From the human T2T-CHM13v2.0 reference genome, Homo sapiens, in NCBI RefSeq assembly GCF_009914755.1, contig NC_060926.1: a stretch of DNA of 64,000 nucleotides. The stretch is one strand, 5' to 3'. The position numbers and the translations under genes were made by a program. Below are positions 27,900 to 44,354 of this stretch, piece after piece. A model generated the notes under the pieces. It searched no databases, was not told the origin of the DNA, and saw only the letters and a list, made by a program, of their open reading frames with translations. Each line of letters opens with the position of its first letter. Position 1 is the stretch's first letter.

Positions 27900-28660
27900 T
27901 TTTTCAGGGCCTATGTTCCTCAATGATCTTTCCATTCCAGCCTCTTTGGGTCTGCAGCCCTTGCACATTGAAGCTCTTTTCTGCCACAGGGCCTTTGCAC
28001 ATGATATTCTTTTTGCTCAGAATATTCTTCCTACCCCCATCACCTAGTTTACTGCTATTCTTCAGATCTTTTAGAAAATCCTTTAAAAATCCTAAATGAT
28101 TTTATATCACCATAATCCTCTTCTTATCATAGTTTTAATTTATATTTGGGATATTAATTAATGTCTTACTCTCCATTAGACTGTGTGCTCCACAAAGGCA
28201 GAGCACATTATCTCTGTCTGTTTTGACTCCCTATTTTATCCCCAGCACAGTACTTGAAATGAAGCCTTTACAAGATCCAAGGAGAAAACGATTAATTTTG
28301 CCTGGAAGCGAGTGAGAGATGAAGTAAGCATGAAGCCTGGCACAGACAGCATATCAGTTGAGCTTGGTGGCAGATAATATGCCAGATAAGGAAAGTATTC
28401 TAATCATAGGAACGACATGAATAAAGGAATAGAAGCAAGTGCACGATGCATTCAGAAATCAGCATGGATGTAGAGAAGGGAATGAGTGGAGACAGGCTTA
28501 CAAAGGCAGATTGGGACCAGATTGTTTCGAGCCTTGGGCTTGTTAAGGAGTTTGGACATTTTCTAGGCAGTGCCATTTGAAGACTTAAGCAGCAGAATAA
28601 CACAATCCCATCTGTGTTTCAGATATAACTCTAGCAGCAGTGTGGCAGGCAGTGAATCTA
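27900..28660. mobile_element. L2 fragments (two orientations)
   Basis: gggcctttgcacatg..tagactgtgtgctccacaaaggcag, then ttgttaaggagtttggac... Confidence 0.7.
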
Positions 28661-29149
28661 AAAATAGGATAATAAGTAATGTGCACATCACTTTTCCCCT
28701 ATTTGCACAGTAACCCAATTTTTAGCCTTGACATACATCCTGTTCGTGCAGGGAAATTCCTAAGCCTAAAGAAGCAGCTCCTTGTCCTATCTTAAGAAGA
28801 GTTTTGTTAAAGCAAAAGGGAAAAGTGGCCATCAGCCATTGTATTGTGTCATGTGCCAATAAGTGTTCAAAAATGAAATCATTTAACAAAAATAATTTAC
28901 TTAATACATGGAACTGTAAAATTCAAGTATTGTTCAGACATTCTCAGAAACTGACCTTTAGGAAATATCACAGGTAAATAGTTTAGGGTATCAATTCTGA
29001 AACTTCCAACAAAGTTCCAAGTCATCAGGAGAAGTCTATGAATTCTAAGACAGTGATCAGCAGTTTCCTAGAAATAACAAGCTATGGAAACCTATAATAT
29101 TTCTTCATCTTACTAGACATCTTGCGAATGACAACACTTACGTACCAGG

Positions 29150-29390
29150 GACATAATAATATTTATGAAGACCCTCTTATGCACCAGATGCTGTTCTGTT
29201 TAAACACGATTAGCTTATGTAATCTTCACAACTTTATGAGATACTATATCATCTCTATTTTACATATGAAAAAATAGAAATGTAGAGAGGCTAAATAACT
29301 TGTACAAAGTTTCATAGGTAATAAATGATATGAACTAGGCAGTCTAGCTCCTAGTCCTCACTCTTAACAAGTCTAGCTCTATCTCACCAT
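29150..29390 (-). mobile_element. MIR
   Basis: taatcttcacaac..ctctattttacatatg..aaataacttgtacaaagt. Confidence 0.7.
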
Positions 29391-29489
29391 GCAGAACTAT
29401 GCTTAGCTTGGAAAGTTCCCTCTCTCTTTTATATCATCACACCATGTCCCATCCTTTATTCTTTACAACTAAAGAGAATATATTAATAA

Positions 29490-29827
29490 ATCTAGGCTTA
29501 TATTTGACTCTCTTTCACTGTGTCACATAAAATCACAGGGATTTTTGCTTGGTAAAATTTTGTAAACATCTGATCTTAATCCTGGTCATTTAAAAAATTG
29601 GTTCAGGCTGCTCCTGACTCAGGAGGTAAGAAGTACTGGAAACAGAAGCTGTTAGAAATTCCGACTCAAAATGTGTCTACAGAGGCTGTAGCTCTAACAC
29701 AGAACTGTAATTGTCCTCCCTCTTGGGTATTGTCTTAAAGTTTATTATATCACCCTTGAAAAATTAGTTTCTTAAAGAGCGCACAATTCAATTTTCTTTT
29801 CCTAGTGCTCTGTTCCTTGAATTTATG
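29490..29827 (-). pseudogene. VLIG relic exon L (end of G domain)
   Basis: Strong acceptor ttatttgtgtttttctttaacag|. Reads EN*IVRSLRN*FFKGDIINF..QPL*THFESEFLTASVSSTSYLLSQEQPEPIF/LNDQD*DQMFTKFYQAK..CDTVKE. 3' end uncertain. Confidence 0.6.
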
Positions 29828-29916
29828 CTGTTAAAGAAAAACACAAATAAATATACATTTCCTTGTCTCACTTTCACATATCATTCATCTTGCAAAACCT
29901 CTACAGTAACAGATAC

Positions 29917-29996
29917 ATCTGAACTGCATTTTGTATGATATTCTTGGTGTTGTATTTGAAAGTATTCTTACAAAGATCCTGACACCTCTTGGTGGG
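29917..29996 (-). pseudogene. VLIG relic exon K
   Basis: Acceptor ttttttctattactcaag| and donor AT|gtatct. Stop-free PTKRCQDLCKNTFKYNTKNIIQNAVQ. Phase 0 in and phase 2 out, matching both neighbours. Confidence 0.5.
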
Positions 29997-30869
29997 CTTG
30001 AGTAATAGAAAAAAATTTAGCATACTACATGGCATGAGCTATTTTGATATAATATAAACTCATGAATGAGAAGATTTGAAGCAGTTATATATTACTAACT
30101 TAAAAAAGATTCTCACATGGTGATACTCTTTTGATCATGATAGCCTCCTGATTTTATGCATGCCTTAGTTAAGTGACTAAACGTAGTCTGAAGAAATCAA
30201 TAGAAACTATTAGAATACATTGTCTTTTTAAGTTGTAGACCTCAATTACATATTGGAGTAGGTTAAGATTTGAGAATAAATGCTGTTGAGTGATTCTTTA
30301 GGGTCAACCTACTATAGGCTCCTCAATGATCTTTCCATTCCAGCCTCTTTGGCTTTGCAGCCTTTGTATGCTGATGCTCTTTTCTGCCATGGGGTCATTG
30401 CACATGATATTCCTTTTTGTCAGAATACTCTTTCTGGCCTCTGTTAAACTGGACTTATGTTTAAATACCATATTCCTCCCTGACTCTCCATCTGCTCCCT
30501 AAATCAGTTGTGTGGCAGTTTCTGCAGGGTTTGTAAACTCAAACGCCTACAGGGATCAGACCATGATGTCTGATGAGCGCAGCAGGCAATACTCTCTGCT
30601 ATCTTTCGTTTTTCTACTTTTAATAGAATAGAGAAATTTTTCTACTTTTCATGCCTTTTAATAGTCATCAGTACAGGAAAAAGTTTCTTTACTGCGAGGA
30701 AAATTATGTGCAATTTGAGGAAATAAATGGCAGCTGACACGACCCTTGGGTAGGGATCACCAACCTTTAGGCAGGGACACTGGGTTGCACACTGCCTTCT
30801 GCTGGCCCACTTCCTCTCTGCCAAGTCTGTCTTAAGAGGTTTATTTTCTCATTCTTAGCACTTAATTCT

Positions 30870-31330
30870 ATATGTTAGAGTACTTTGAGTTTCACATAAA
30901 GAAAATGTAATTAAACTGGCTTTAATAATGAAGGAGTTACATGGTTTACATAACTAGAGGTTGCACGGCAGAGGTTTGATCCAGGCTGTCTCCGTGTCTA
31001 TGTTTCTTTTGGCTCTGTCCTTCATGTGTTGACTACATTCTTGTACTGACTTCTCCCAGGTAGTCAAATGGCTGTAGCAGCCTCGGGTGTCCCAGTGATA
31101 CACCATATTGTCCAGAACAAGAGAGGGGTTCCCTTTTACCCTAGTCACCAAATAGAAATCCTGCACATTACACTGATGGAAATGGTCACTGTGGCCAGGC
31201 AGATGAGAATATAGTTATGAAACTTTGTGTCCATCCCTGGAGCTGAATTTTGGGCTAGTTCCTCTAAACCATGGCTCCTACTTAATTGGGAACAAATGAA
31301 AAGGATTCTGAGAAGTTCTAGGTTTCAAAG
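30870..31330 (-). mobile_element. Old MaLR LTR (MLT1K/L-like)
   Basis: tgttagagtactttgagtt..aaactggctttaataatg..aaatggctgtagcagc. Confidence 0.55.
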
Positions 31331-32762
31331 TTCTCCCAAGTCAAAATCTCAGAAAGAAGAAAAACAGTCACTCAGGATCCATATATTCGATATCACAGTG
31401 TGACCCCCTACTTCGGGGTTTGATCTTGTTTGATCCTTGGATCAATTGCAGTATGGAATATCATAATTGGGAAGCCAAGGACTGGATCATTTGCTCACTC
31501 TTGTGGCCAGATGTCAGGAAAGATCCTATAATTATAATTGACACTTACTCCCATATCACATGGATCAGGAAAGAACATTTTTCCTGGTGGAAAGAGGGAG
31601 CCTAATGGATAAGAACAGTAGATGCTCATACTACCTTATATTTGAATTCTGCTCTGCAACAAGGAGCTATTATCTCCCAGCAATAATACCACATCCTCAG
31701 GTATTAATTTTTAAGAACAGAATCATAATAACACACTAGTGTATTATTAAAATACTGTGAGAACAATACATAGAACTTATGTCTAAACATATCTAACAAC
31801 AAATATTGTTTGGATATATTATACATTATAAGCTTGCTGAGTATATTCCATGAATCATTTTATGGTATACATGTTCCCTAACATGTGTCCAGATTTTAGT
31901 TCTTAGCACAATGTCCCACACCACCCTTTTCTTCCCCTACAACATAAAAAATCATTAGAGAATCAAGAGACAGAAGCTGGCCTCATTTCATTCCTGTAAG
32001 AATTTCTCTTTGCTTAGTAGAAAGGGTGAGCATCATGCAGGCTCTAGCCATTGGTTCACATTGACCAACCTCCAGAGATCCTTACTGAGTGGGTTTAGGG
32101 TGGAGACCAGGCTTTTGAAAAGCTCCCCCAGGTAATCCTGATAATTAGTATTTTTGCAAACCATTAAAAATGGATGCATTATTTTCTCCTCACAAGATAT
32201 TTATAGCCCAGTTCACAGGTGACAGTGCTGGTCTCTTCAGCCTGGGAAGTTAGTGAGTCTTCTATGGAAGACATTTAGAAAATTCCTTTTTGATGGGGTC
32301 TTGAGCTTCCTAACGTCACCAGGTGACCGTTTCTGTTTCTGATGGAAATGGGTTTTACTAGCGGATAATGGAGATGGACTATTCTCTGCCTGGGTTTATT
32401 CACATCTGTGTCCCCTTCCAAGACAAGATCTATGTGAAGAAGGAACATTTGTGACTTTGGCTAAGTTCCTACCTATGCCTCCTTCTTGGTTTAGGAACCA
32501 TGCTCATCTTCTTCCTGTGTTTCTAAAAAGAAGGCTGCTCTCCCCTGTGTTCCTGATAGAGTAGTGGGATGTTATAATGGGGCCACAGTTTCTGTCCCTT
32601 GGAAATCAATAAAGGGGTCAGAGCTACTCCCATCTCCTTACCTGGAACACTGCCCAGGTAGGTTTGTGTCCACACAGGCTTGGCTACAAGCCATGGGCAA
32701 TTCCTCTGTCCTCTGCCCAACAGGAGTGATCAGGCCAATTCTAAAGCTCAGGATTCCATAGG

Positions 32763-33075
32763 GCAGCGGTCTTGGCACCAGGGATAGTTTTCATGGAAGA
32801 CATTTTTTCTATGGACTTGTGGGAGGAGGGGGTGGTGGAGATGGTTTCAGGATGATTCAAGAGCATTACGTTTATCATTAGATTCTCATAAGGAGTGCCA
32901 ACCTAGATCCCTCGCATGCACAGTTCACAATAGGATGCGTATTTCTATGAGAATCTAATGCCTCTGCTGATCTGACAGGAGGCAGAGCTCAGGCAGTAAT
33001 GCTCACTTGTGTGCCACTCACATCATGCTGTGCAGTCTGGTTCCTAAGAGGCCATGAACTGGTTGGGGACCCCTG
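32763..33075. mobile_element. MER1B
   Basis: cttggcaccaggga..tagattctcataaggag..ggttggggacccctg. Confidence 0.88.
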
Positions 33076-34409
33076 CAATGGTTGAATGGATTCTGCCTTC
33101 CAGGAAAGGGCAGGGCTGAGGGAGAATGAGTAGGATTTAGATCAGCACTATCCAACAGAAATACAATGCAAGCCACAAATGTGAGCCACATAGGTAATTT
33201 TACATCTTCTAATAACCACATTAAAAAAGTAAACAAATACAACTTGACATTGAATTTGATAGAGATTAAGAGGAAAGTGCAGTGTTTTTTTTGACTGATC
33301 TCTTTTTTGATGACCTACAATTTTTGCTTCACTTTGATCAAGTAAAGGAAAAATAATCAAGAAAGGTCTGGTCTGATGAAGAAAGGAGGCAAATCTTTGT
33401 TTGGTAAATGCTGAGACAGAGCCGCATACCCATCACACGGAGCGCAGAGAGGGAAATAGACTGTCCATTGTTCCTATTGCTTATACTGAAGGGCACTGTG
33501 GGATGATTCACTAGTGAATTGGAAGTACAAGGAAAAGAAGTGAGTTATTAATATATAGATCTGAAAGTTAAGCTTCATAAAGCTTTGTCTTATAGATATG
33601 TCTAAAGTGTGAGAGATTAAATAGCAGTTGGAAGGTTATGTGTTTGTATTATCAGGGAATGGTCAGATAAAAAATACTTGTCAGCTCAAAGTGACATTGA
33701 AGATTTTTTTAAGGATTTAAATCTACACACACATAGAGCAGCAGCCTCCTTGCACAGTTACAATTAGAAATCACAAGCTTTGTGATATTATCCTTGTCAC
33801 AGTTTTTTTGGAGATAAAATGAATGTCTAGGTTTGTGTAAATTAGGGTTCTCAACAAAGACTTGCATGAATTGAATAGCTAACCTCAACTAAAATTGAAA
33901 TATTGAGCATGATAGTGATTCACACATGTACAAATTAAAATACACTTAGTTTAGTAATGATGGCTACATTTCCAAGTGTAATTGAAAATGAACATGAACA
34001 ATGTACCTTTACCCACGTGAACAAAGGGTTGGCAAAACATGTTAGGTATTTCCTAAATCAAACTAAAATTTCCAAAAGCTATCTGCCTTGTTCAGGGAGA
34101 ATATGCAAATGCATCATGTTCAAGATTTATTGTAAAAGGTACTATGAGATGAAAGGAAATTGAATGCTGAGCCTTCACATGATAAATTTTTTTTGCATCT
34201 CTTTTAGTTGTCTTATAGGCTTATGTAGATTGGGAAATGTAGAAGAATAATAAACCTATAATAAATGATAATTTAAAAAGAAAAACATTTCCCTGAGTTA
34301 TAAAGAGAAGAGAATAATAATAATAAAGTTAAAGAAATGGTACATTACGAATTTGAATTTTTCCCAATGGCCAATAACTAGAGTGCTAGCTACTGTGAAT
34401 GGCATTTTA

Positions 34410-34572
34410 CTTTTTTTAAAAAATTAAATAATTAAATTAAATTCATTTTTGCAAAGATGGAGTCTATCTCTGTTGCCAAGCCTGGTCTCAAGCTCCTGGA
34501 CTCAAGGGATCCTCCTGCCTCAGCCTCCCAAGGTATTGGGATTACAGGCATGAGCCACTGCATATGGCCAAC
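34410..34572 (-). mobile_element. FLAM / Alu left monomer
   Basis: ctggtctcaagctcctggactcaaggg..gggattacaggcatgagccac. Confidence 0.85.
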
Positions 34573-35127
34573 ATTTTTCTTTAAATAAACACCTATGTGG
34601 TATGAAACATCATCCTTTTTTAATAGCTGCGATTGAACTGTTTGGTTCATAACAGATGCAGACACTCTGAGGTGCCCCCTCCATTTTCTGCCAACCCCTA
34701 GATTTGCTATAGCTGAGGTATTTGTGATCAGAAGGTGGATGCTCCTCTCTTATTCTATCCCAAGCTCTGGTACAGATGGTATGTCTGTAGCATATAGTAC
34801 TAGCTTTTATTCATGGGAAATATTTCATTTTTCATTCTCACTCAAAATATTTACTGAGCACCTATATGGGTCAGGAGCCATTCTAGGTACTAAAGGATAC
34901 AAAGATGAATAAGATGAAATCCTATACTTGAGAAGTCGACAGTCTACTTGAGGGTAAAACAGGCTATAGCTACAATGTGAGGTGAAAAGTGTAATAGCAA
35001 AGGACTTTGGAAAACATTTTATACCAGTCAGCATCAACCATCGTTCTTACTGGAATACTTTAGTTGATAGTATCATGTTTTTTCAGTATTCCATTCTAAA
35101 ACCCCATGTGCATTAAGCTGTACTAGT

Positions 35128-35570
35128 TCTGCGGTCCCCAACCTTTTTGGCACCAGGAACTGGTTTTGTGAAAGACATTTTTTCCAGGGATGAGGGCGGG
35201 GGGCATGGTTTTGGGATGATTCAAGCGCATTACGTTTATTGTGCACTTTATTTCTACCATTATCACGTACTTACCGTAATGTAGAATCAGTAGCAGCCCT
35301 GAGCTTGTTTCTTGGAACTAGATGTTCCCATATGGGTGTGATGGGAGACAGTGATAGATCATCGGGCATTAGATTATCAGAAGGAGCCACCTAGATCCCT
35401 CATAGTTCACAATAGGGTTCAAGCTCCCATGAGAATCTAATACTGCGGCTGATCCGACAGAAGGGGGCACTCAGGCAGCAATGCCTGATTACCTCCTGCT
35501 GTGTGGGACTTTTCCTAACAGGCCAACAATCAGTACTGGGGTCCATGTCCTGAGGGCTGGCGACCCCTGT
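35128..35570. mobile_element. MER1A
   Basis: gcggtccccaacctttttggcaccagg..aatgtagaatcagt..ggcgacccctg. Confidence 0.88.
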
Positions 35571-36229
35571 GCTAGTTGGCAACTGAAAGAAGAAGATGGG
35601 ACTTACAGGAGTTTGTACCCAGATGGAGAGAGGAATAATTTAGAGGCATTAGGCCTCATTGAGTGGAGCAGGCTTAGAGCAGCTCTGTGTAGCCAAGCGG
35701 CATTTTAAAACATCTAAGAATTAGGGAGGATGATCAGGCAGGGTATTGATCAGGGGAAGAAGGGGAATGCCTATTTTTACAATTTTAATCAAAATTGGAC
35801 CTGAGTTGGTCCTTTTGCTTTGTTTTGCTCCCACATCCTCCTCAAACATAAAGAAAAACTTAATAGAGTCAGGGAACAGGTCTTGTAGAGAGCAGTAGCT
35901 AAACACTCATTAACATGCACTGGGCCACTGCAATGATGAATAAGCTGTACTCGCGGTCTTTTAGGCTAAGAACAAGAGAAACCAGGACCCAGCTCATTAC
36001 TCTAAACATTGATAACTAAAGGAAAATAATGAAGCATTCACCTCAGCTTTCTGGTATAAACTATTTTTTTCAGGATAATCAAATGGCATTGGTTGATGAG
36101 GAAAAAGTTTTCTCTGCAGAAAAATTCTGGCTAATAAATGCAGAAGGAATAATAGAATTTGAAAAATATTATTTTGTAAGCTCTAATGAAATATCTGGTG
36201 CAGGTAATAGTCATTGAGATGGTGGTAGA

Positions 36230-36634
<405 letters not shown>

Positions 36635-36667
36635 CTATGAAGTAAAAATCATGTAAAAATCAAACTT

Positions 36668-36979
36668 GGCTGAGCACAGTGGTTCACACCTGTAATCCCA
36701 GCACTTTGGGAGGCTGAGGCAGAAGGTTCACTTGAGCCCAGGAGTTTGAGACCAGCTTGGGCAACATAGGGAGGCCCCATCTCTACAAATAATAATAATA
36801 AATAGCCAGGCATGGTGGTGCATGCCTGTGGTCCCAGCTATTCAGGAGGTTGAGGCAGGAGGATCACCTGAGCCTGGCAGGTTGAGGCTGCAGTGAGCTG
36901 AGATTGTATCACTGCACTTCAGTGCTCTAGGTGACAGAGTGAGACCTTGTCTCGAAAAACCTGTCTCAAAAAAAAAAAA
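36668..36979 (+). mobile_element. AluJ
   Basis: Full dimer with J diagnostics. Confidence 0.93.
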
Positions 36980-37561
36980 TCTAACTTGAGTCTAATTGAC
37001 GTTAGTTAGAAATCTAACTTCCAAATCATAGGAAACAGTGGGGATAGAACAAGTTAAACAACATCCGGCAAAGGTGACCAGCCAAAACTAGGGTGGGGGA
37101 CCTTTTCTATGTTGACTGACTCAGTTTCCAGTCTTAAATAGACTTTTCACAAAGGATGGAACATGTTGAGTAAATTAATGTTAGAAAAACTGACTATGCT
37201 TCTGTAAGTTTGTGTATTCTAAAAGTTGTTAGTGGTGGTATACTAATATACATTCCAAATTTTTAAAACCTGCAATTTTGTAAAGTTGCAGAGTCTGAAT
37301 TTGAAAGATTAGAAAGATTAGTAGACAGATTCATTTGCTAATGGAGAAACCCATAGAGTTCTCTTCACAGACTTTTCTGATTTTCGTTTTGTCAGAAATC
37401 AGTATAGTGACAAAGAAGAAACCTGATGCATATCTTTAGGAATGAATTGGTTATTCTGCCCAGTCTGCCAGATGAGGTTGTTGATTTGCTAAACTACTAT
37501 TTGTGGAGAGATTTCAGTGAGTTTAGAATCAAACCACTTTAAATCAATTTAAATGATATAA

Positions 37562-37850
<289 letters not shown>

Positions 37851-37889
37851 ACATATTGTATCTTGATATTGGAGATTATGATCCCTGTG

Positions 37890-38671
<782 letters not shown>

Positions 38672-38721
38672 TTAAATAATTTCATTTCTGAAAAATGCTA
38701 CAAAGTAGAACATTCTATTAG

Positions 38722-39096
<375 letters not shown>

Positions 39097-39163
39097 TAAA
39101 TCTGTTGCATGCACTATTTTAAAGGCTTTTGGGGAAAGCCCACTGGCCCTTGTTAACGTATAC

Positions 39164-39303
39164 CATTTTATCTCTGTGTTACATCCATCTTGATAACTTT
39201 ATAACTTATTATTTTGCTGCAAGTTCTTGTGTGATTTCCTGAAAAATGTGTAGAACCTCCATTAACTTCATCACTATTCCCTTTTCATCCCATCCCATAA
39301 TGC
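39164..39303 (-). pseudogene. VLIG relic exon J (post-G4 helix)
   Basis: Acceptor ttgttctggcctaacag| and donor ATG|gtatac. Reads IMGWDEKGIVMKLMEVLHIFQEITQELAAK**..HRDKM and ends in phase 0. Confidence 0.55.
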
Positions 39304-39633
39304 CTGTTAGGCCAGAACAATGACATTTGTAAATCAGAGGTTGTTTAATAGTTGAGTAGCACTGTTATACTTTCTTGTCTAATAAATCATAATCGAGGTT
39401 GGCAAACTGGTAATTATCTGGTCTGTGGCTTGGTTTATTGTCCATCTATTTCCTTCATAGGCCAGTTGTCTGAAGAAAGTGCACACAGATAAGGAAGTCT
39501 GCATAGACTTCCAATCTTTGAAATCTTATGGGTATAGGACTTGTTAACCTTATTTTGCAAAACTTTATTCATGATTGGGATAGCTCATGATTTTAACTGA
39601 TCCAAGTCAGCTTCTCTAGAGATAAGTTCCTAG

Positions 39634-40000
<367 letters not shown>

Positions 40001-40758
40001 CAATGCATTTTGTAAAGTTTGATTCATTATGTCAAAAGATAAGTTATTCTCCTAAGCCAATCTCTCTTTTTTATTTATATATCACAGCTTTATTTGAAAT
40101 AACCAACCAAAACTATAAACAGACAGAATGAAACATCGTCTCCACATCATATTGTAGTGAGCTTTTAAAACATGGGCTTTGGAGTCTGAGGATAAAGAGT
40201 CCTAAGTCTGCTCCCTTCTGACTTTCTGATACTAGGCAACTATAATTTCTCTGACCCTGTTTGCTCACTGTCACTTCTAACTGGATCCTATTTTGATGAC
40301 CAGACATTGCCATGTGTCAGTGATTGTATTAAGCACTGGGAAATAACTGTGAACAAGATTAAAGTAGTTTTGGCCTTTATCTAAGTTGAAACTGGGGTTG
40401 CAAATTCCATTGCTTTCTTAGGTCAGGCAGGTGACATAAATGCCTGAAGGGAGTGAGGATGGGGGAAATACAAAAATCAGGGAGAGATGGTGATTGTGGC
40501 TGAATTTGAGGCTGCTGCTCATCAAAAGGTATTCAGATTCAACAGTTTTGAAACCCTAGATAGTCCTAACACTACCCCTACTATGGGCGCATTGCTTTAG
40601 CAGTCTACTTTATGGTCCTATGTTAAGTACAGAAGGAATACAGGCGATTTTCATATACTCCATAGGCACCTTCTCTGCTTGGGTGCTCTAGCCTGGAAAT
40701 TAAGAGGAAGATTATGAATGCCACTATGTTTGGATCCCAGTTTTGCCATTTGCTCAGC

Positions 40759-41508
40759 TGTAATCACCCAGTGGGCTTTTCCTGTCTGCTGCACAGCCAT
40801 CAATTCACTGAGACCAAGGCACTGCAGTAAAGAGAGTTTAATTGACTAGAGATCAGCCACATGGGAAAACTGGAGTTATCACTCAAATCAGTCTCCCCAG
40901 AGGCTTGAAGGTTAGAGTTTTTATGGACAGTTTGGTGGGCAGAGGGCTGGGGAACGGGTGCTGCTAATTGGTTAGGGTTAAATCCATAGGGGTGTGGAAA
41001 ATGGTCTTTGTGTGCTGAATCTGCCTCTGAGTGGGGCCACAGGACTAGACCAGTTGAGTCATGAGTCTCAAAGCTGGGTTGGATCCATCTGAAAAACATC
41101 TCAAAAAAAACCACAAAATCTTAGGTTCTATGATAGTAATGCTATCTATAGGAGCAATTGGGAAAGTCTCAAATCTTGTGACTTCTAGCTACATGATTCC
41201 TGAGCAGTAAGGGAGTATAGAAACTACACCTATCTCTTAGCAGAATTCAGGTCCCTCCCATAATCCTAGTATTATGGCCTTTCATAAGTCTCACTAAGTT
41301 AGTTTTAGCCCCTGAACAGGGAGAAGAGTACTTTTAGGGAGGGACTGTTATCATCCTTGCTTCAAAGACAAACTATAAACTAAATTCCTCCCAAAGTTAG
41401 CTTGGTATATGCCCAAGAATGACCAATGACAGCTTGGAGGTCAGAAGCAAAATGAAGTCAACTATGTCAAATTTCTCTTACTGTCATAATTTTGCAAAGG
41501 AGATTTCA
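40759..41508 (-). mobile_element. ERV1 solo LTR (LTR8/MER4 group) inserted in a MIR
   Basis: TG..ctgtcataattttgcaaaggagatttCA; 4-bp TSD-like cagc/tagc. Confidence 0.8.
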
Positions 41509-41698
41509 TAGCTGTGGCCACTTGCTCAACTAAATAACTTTGGGTAAGTTACTTCACCTCCATGTGCCTCAGTTTTCTCCTCTTCAAAACCGACTTCAAA
41601 AGCAGTCAGTTTAGTGGCCTTGCAGCTAATTGGCTCAATAGTTAATGTATGTAAAACAGAGCAGTGTCTGGCACATAATCCACAGTTGGACACACATT

Positions 41699-42112
41699 TG
41701 TCTAAGTCAAATAATGAGATTCAGAGAATACAATTAAGTAGGGTTTATTGGAACTCAAAGCTTGAGGATGGCCACCCCAGAGCATAGATTCAAGTTGCCC
41801 TGAATTAATAGCAGTTACGAGTGGGTTTTTAAAGGAAAAAAGAAGAGGCAGTTCCTAAGTTGTCTACCAGTAATTTATATTGAAACAATTTAAGCTATTG
41901 ACTGGCTATACATTCTCTGTATCACAAATTCCAGGAACATAAAGATAATGGGTAAGGCAGCTAGTCAGGAACAAAATGCCTTTAAACAATTGCCTCCAGT
42001 ATGAGTGTAGGGGTGGAGGTGACTGAATTCCCATACTTATATCTCTCTAGGTCCGATAAATTTTGCATACCTCACATAGTTCAGACTGCTCTGAGCTATT
42101 TTTCTTTTCTCA
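41699..42112 (-). mobile_element. ERV solo LTR (possibly LTR47-like)
   Basis: TG..ttttgcatacctcacatagttcagactgctctgagctatttttcttttctCA. Confidence 0.7.
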
Positions 42113-42335
42113 CACTCAATAAATAGAAGCTATTACTGTGGGAGTACATGGAAAAGGTCTCCTCAAGAAAGTTGTAAAGGGTGAGTTGGAGTTAGAAACA
42201 GTATGGTGGAAAGATTGAAACAAGAGAATGTCTGCTTTCTGGCTATACCAGAGAGGGCAAGTTTAATGAGACTGACTAGATGTAAGTATAAATGAATTAT
42301 TGAGACATTTTGGCTCTTTGGTAAGGTAACACTCC

Positions 42336-42752
42336 GATGGTTAATTTTATGTGTCAACTGGCTGGGCCATGGGGCCCAGCTCTTTGGTCAAATACTATTC
42401 TGGATATTTCTGTGAGGGTGTGTTTGGATGTAATTTACATGTAAATCTGTGGGCTTTGAGTAAAGCAGCTGCTCTCTTATATCCTGCATATATTACCCTC
42501 CAAATTGGGCCTCATCCAATCTGCAGAAGGCCTGAAAAGAACAAAGGGCTGACCTCTCCCCAGCAAGAGGAGGAAATTCTGCAGCAGACCACCTTTGGAC
42601 TCAAACTGTGATTCTTCCCTGAGTCTCCAGCCTCCCAGCCTCCCCCATCAGATTTTGGACTCACCAAACCTTCACAATCATGTGAGCCATTTCATTAAAT
42701 CCGTTTATGTACCCAGCTGGTTCTGCTTCTCTGGAGAACCCTGACTAATACA
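42336..42752 (+). mobile_element. MLT2 LTR
   Basis: gatggttaattttatgtgtcaactgg..ctggagaaccctgactaataca. Confidence 0.9.
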
Positions 42753-42759
42753 AGTGCTT

Positions 42760-43355
<596 letters not shown>

Positions 43356-44024
43356 CATAGAAATGGAAAGCAGGTGTAGTCAGTTCTCACACCCTTCCCC
43401 CCTCTCCCCTTTCCTCCGCTTCTTTCTGGTGTTGGGGCAGAAGAAATGGTAGACAAAGACCGAGATCTCCTTGTGTGATGACTCAGTTGGCCCCTCCTCT
43501 GGCTAATACTTACTTCCTATTGGATGCATCTGTGAGGCAAGCATTGTCCAAAGGCAGACCTATGTGTGGTTCTTCAGTAGAACTTATGGAAGGTCTTGCT
43601 TGAGGTCTAACCTCTTCGTCCTACTCCCTAATCCCCACCTTACATGTTCCATTCCATGACCTCTTGCTGTTGGGTTTAAGTTAACCAGCAGTGAGACATC
43701 TTAGTGGGCACTGGCAAGACTGCTCAAATGCAGCCACCTTCCTCTGGTCCACCTGCCCACAGGAAATGAATGGATTCTTCCCTTACCTCCCCGCTAACTC
43801 CCCCAATGCCCTAAAGTGGCAGTTTCAGCAGCATCAGATGATCTAGGGTTTTAGCGATGAGACAGCTTTCAGACAAGAGAGGGAATCGTCATTAGTCCTT
43901 GACTTGTGGAGTGAAGGCACAACCATTCTTTGAGAGTCATTCTCTTGGGCCTCCCTTGGATTTGGGGATAGTAACAACTCCCTTTACTCCTCTCAGAGTT
44001 AGCTTAGGGAAGGGATAGTCTATT

Positions 44025-44354
<330 letters not shown>

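Noticed and set aside
29490-29827. Initial reading of exon L as a GBP/atlastin pseudogene exon
   Set aside because: Upstream REVxQI, PxELM, WxAA, PLQ, the G2 spacing and the C-terminal FHxP motif fit the VLIG family better. The GBP resemblance probably reflects a shared superfamily fold.
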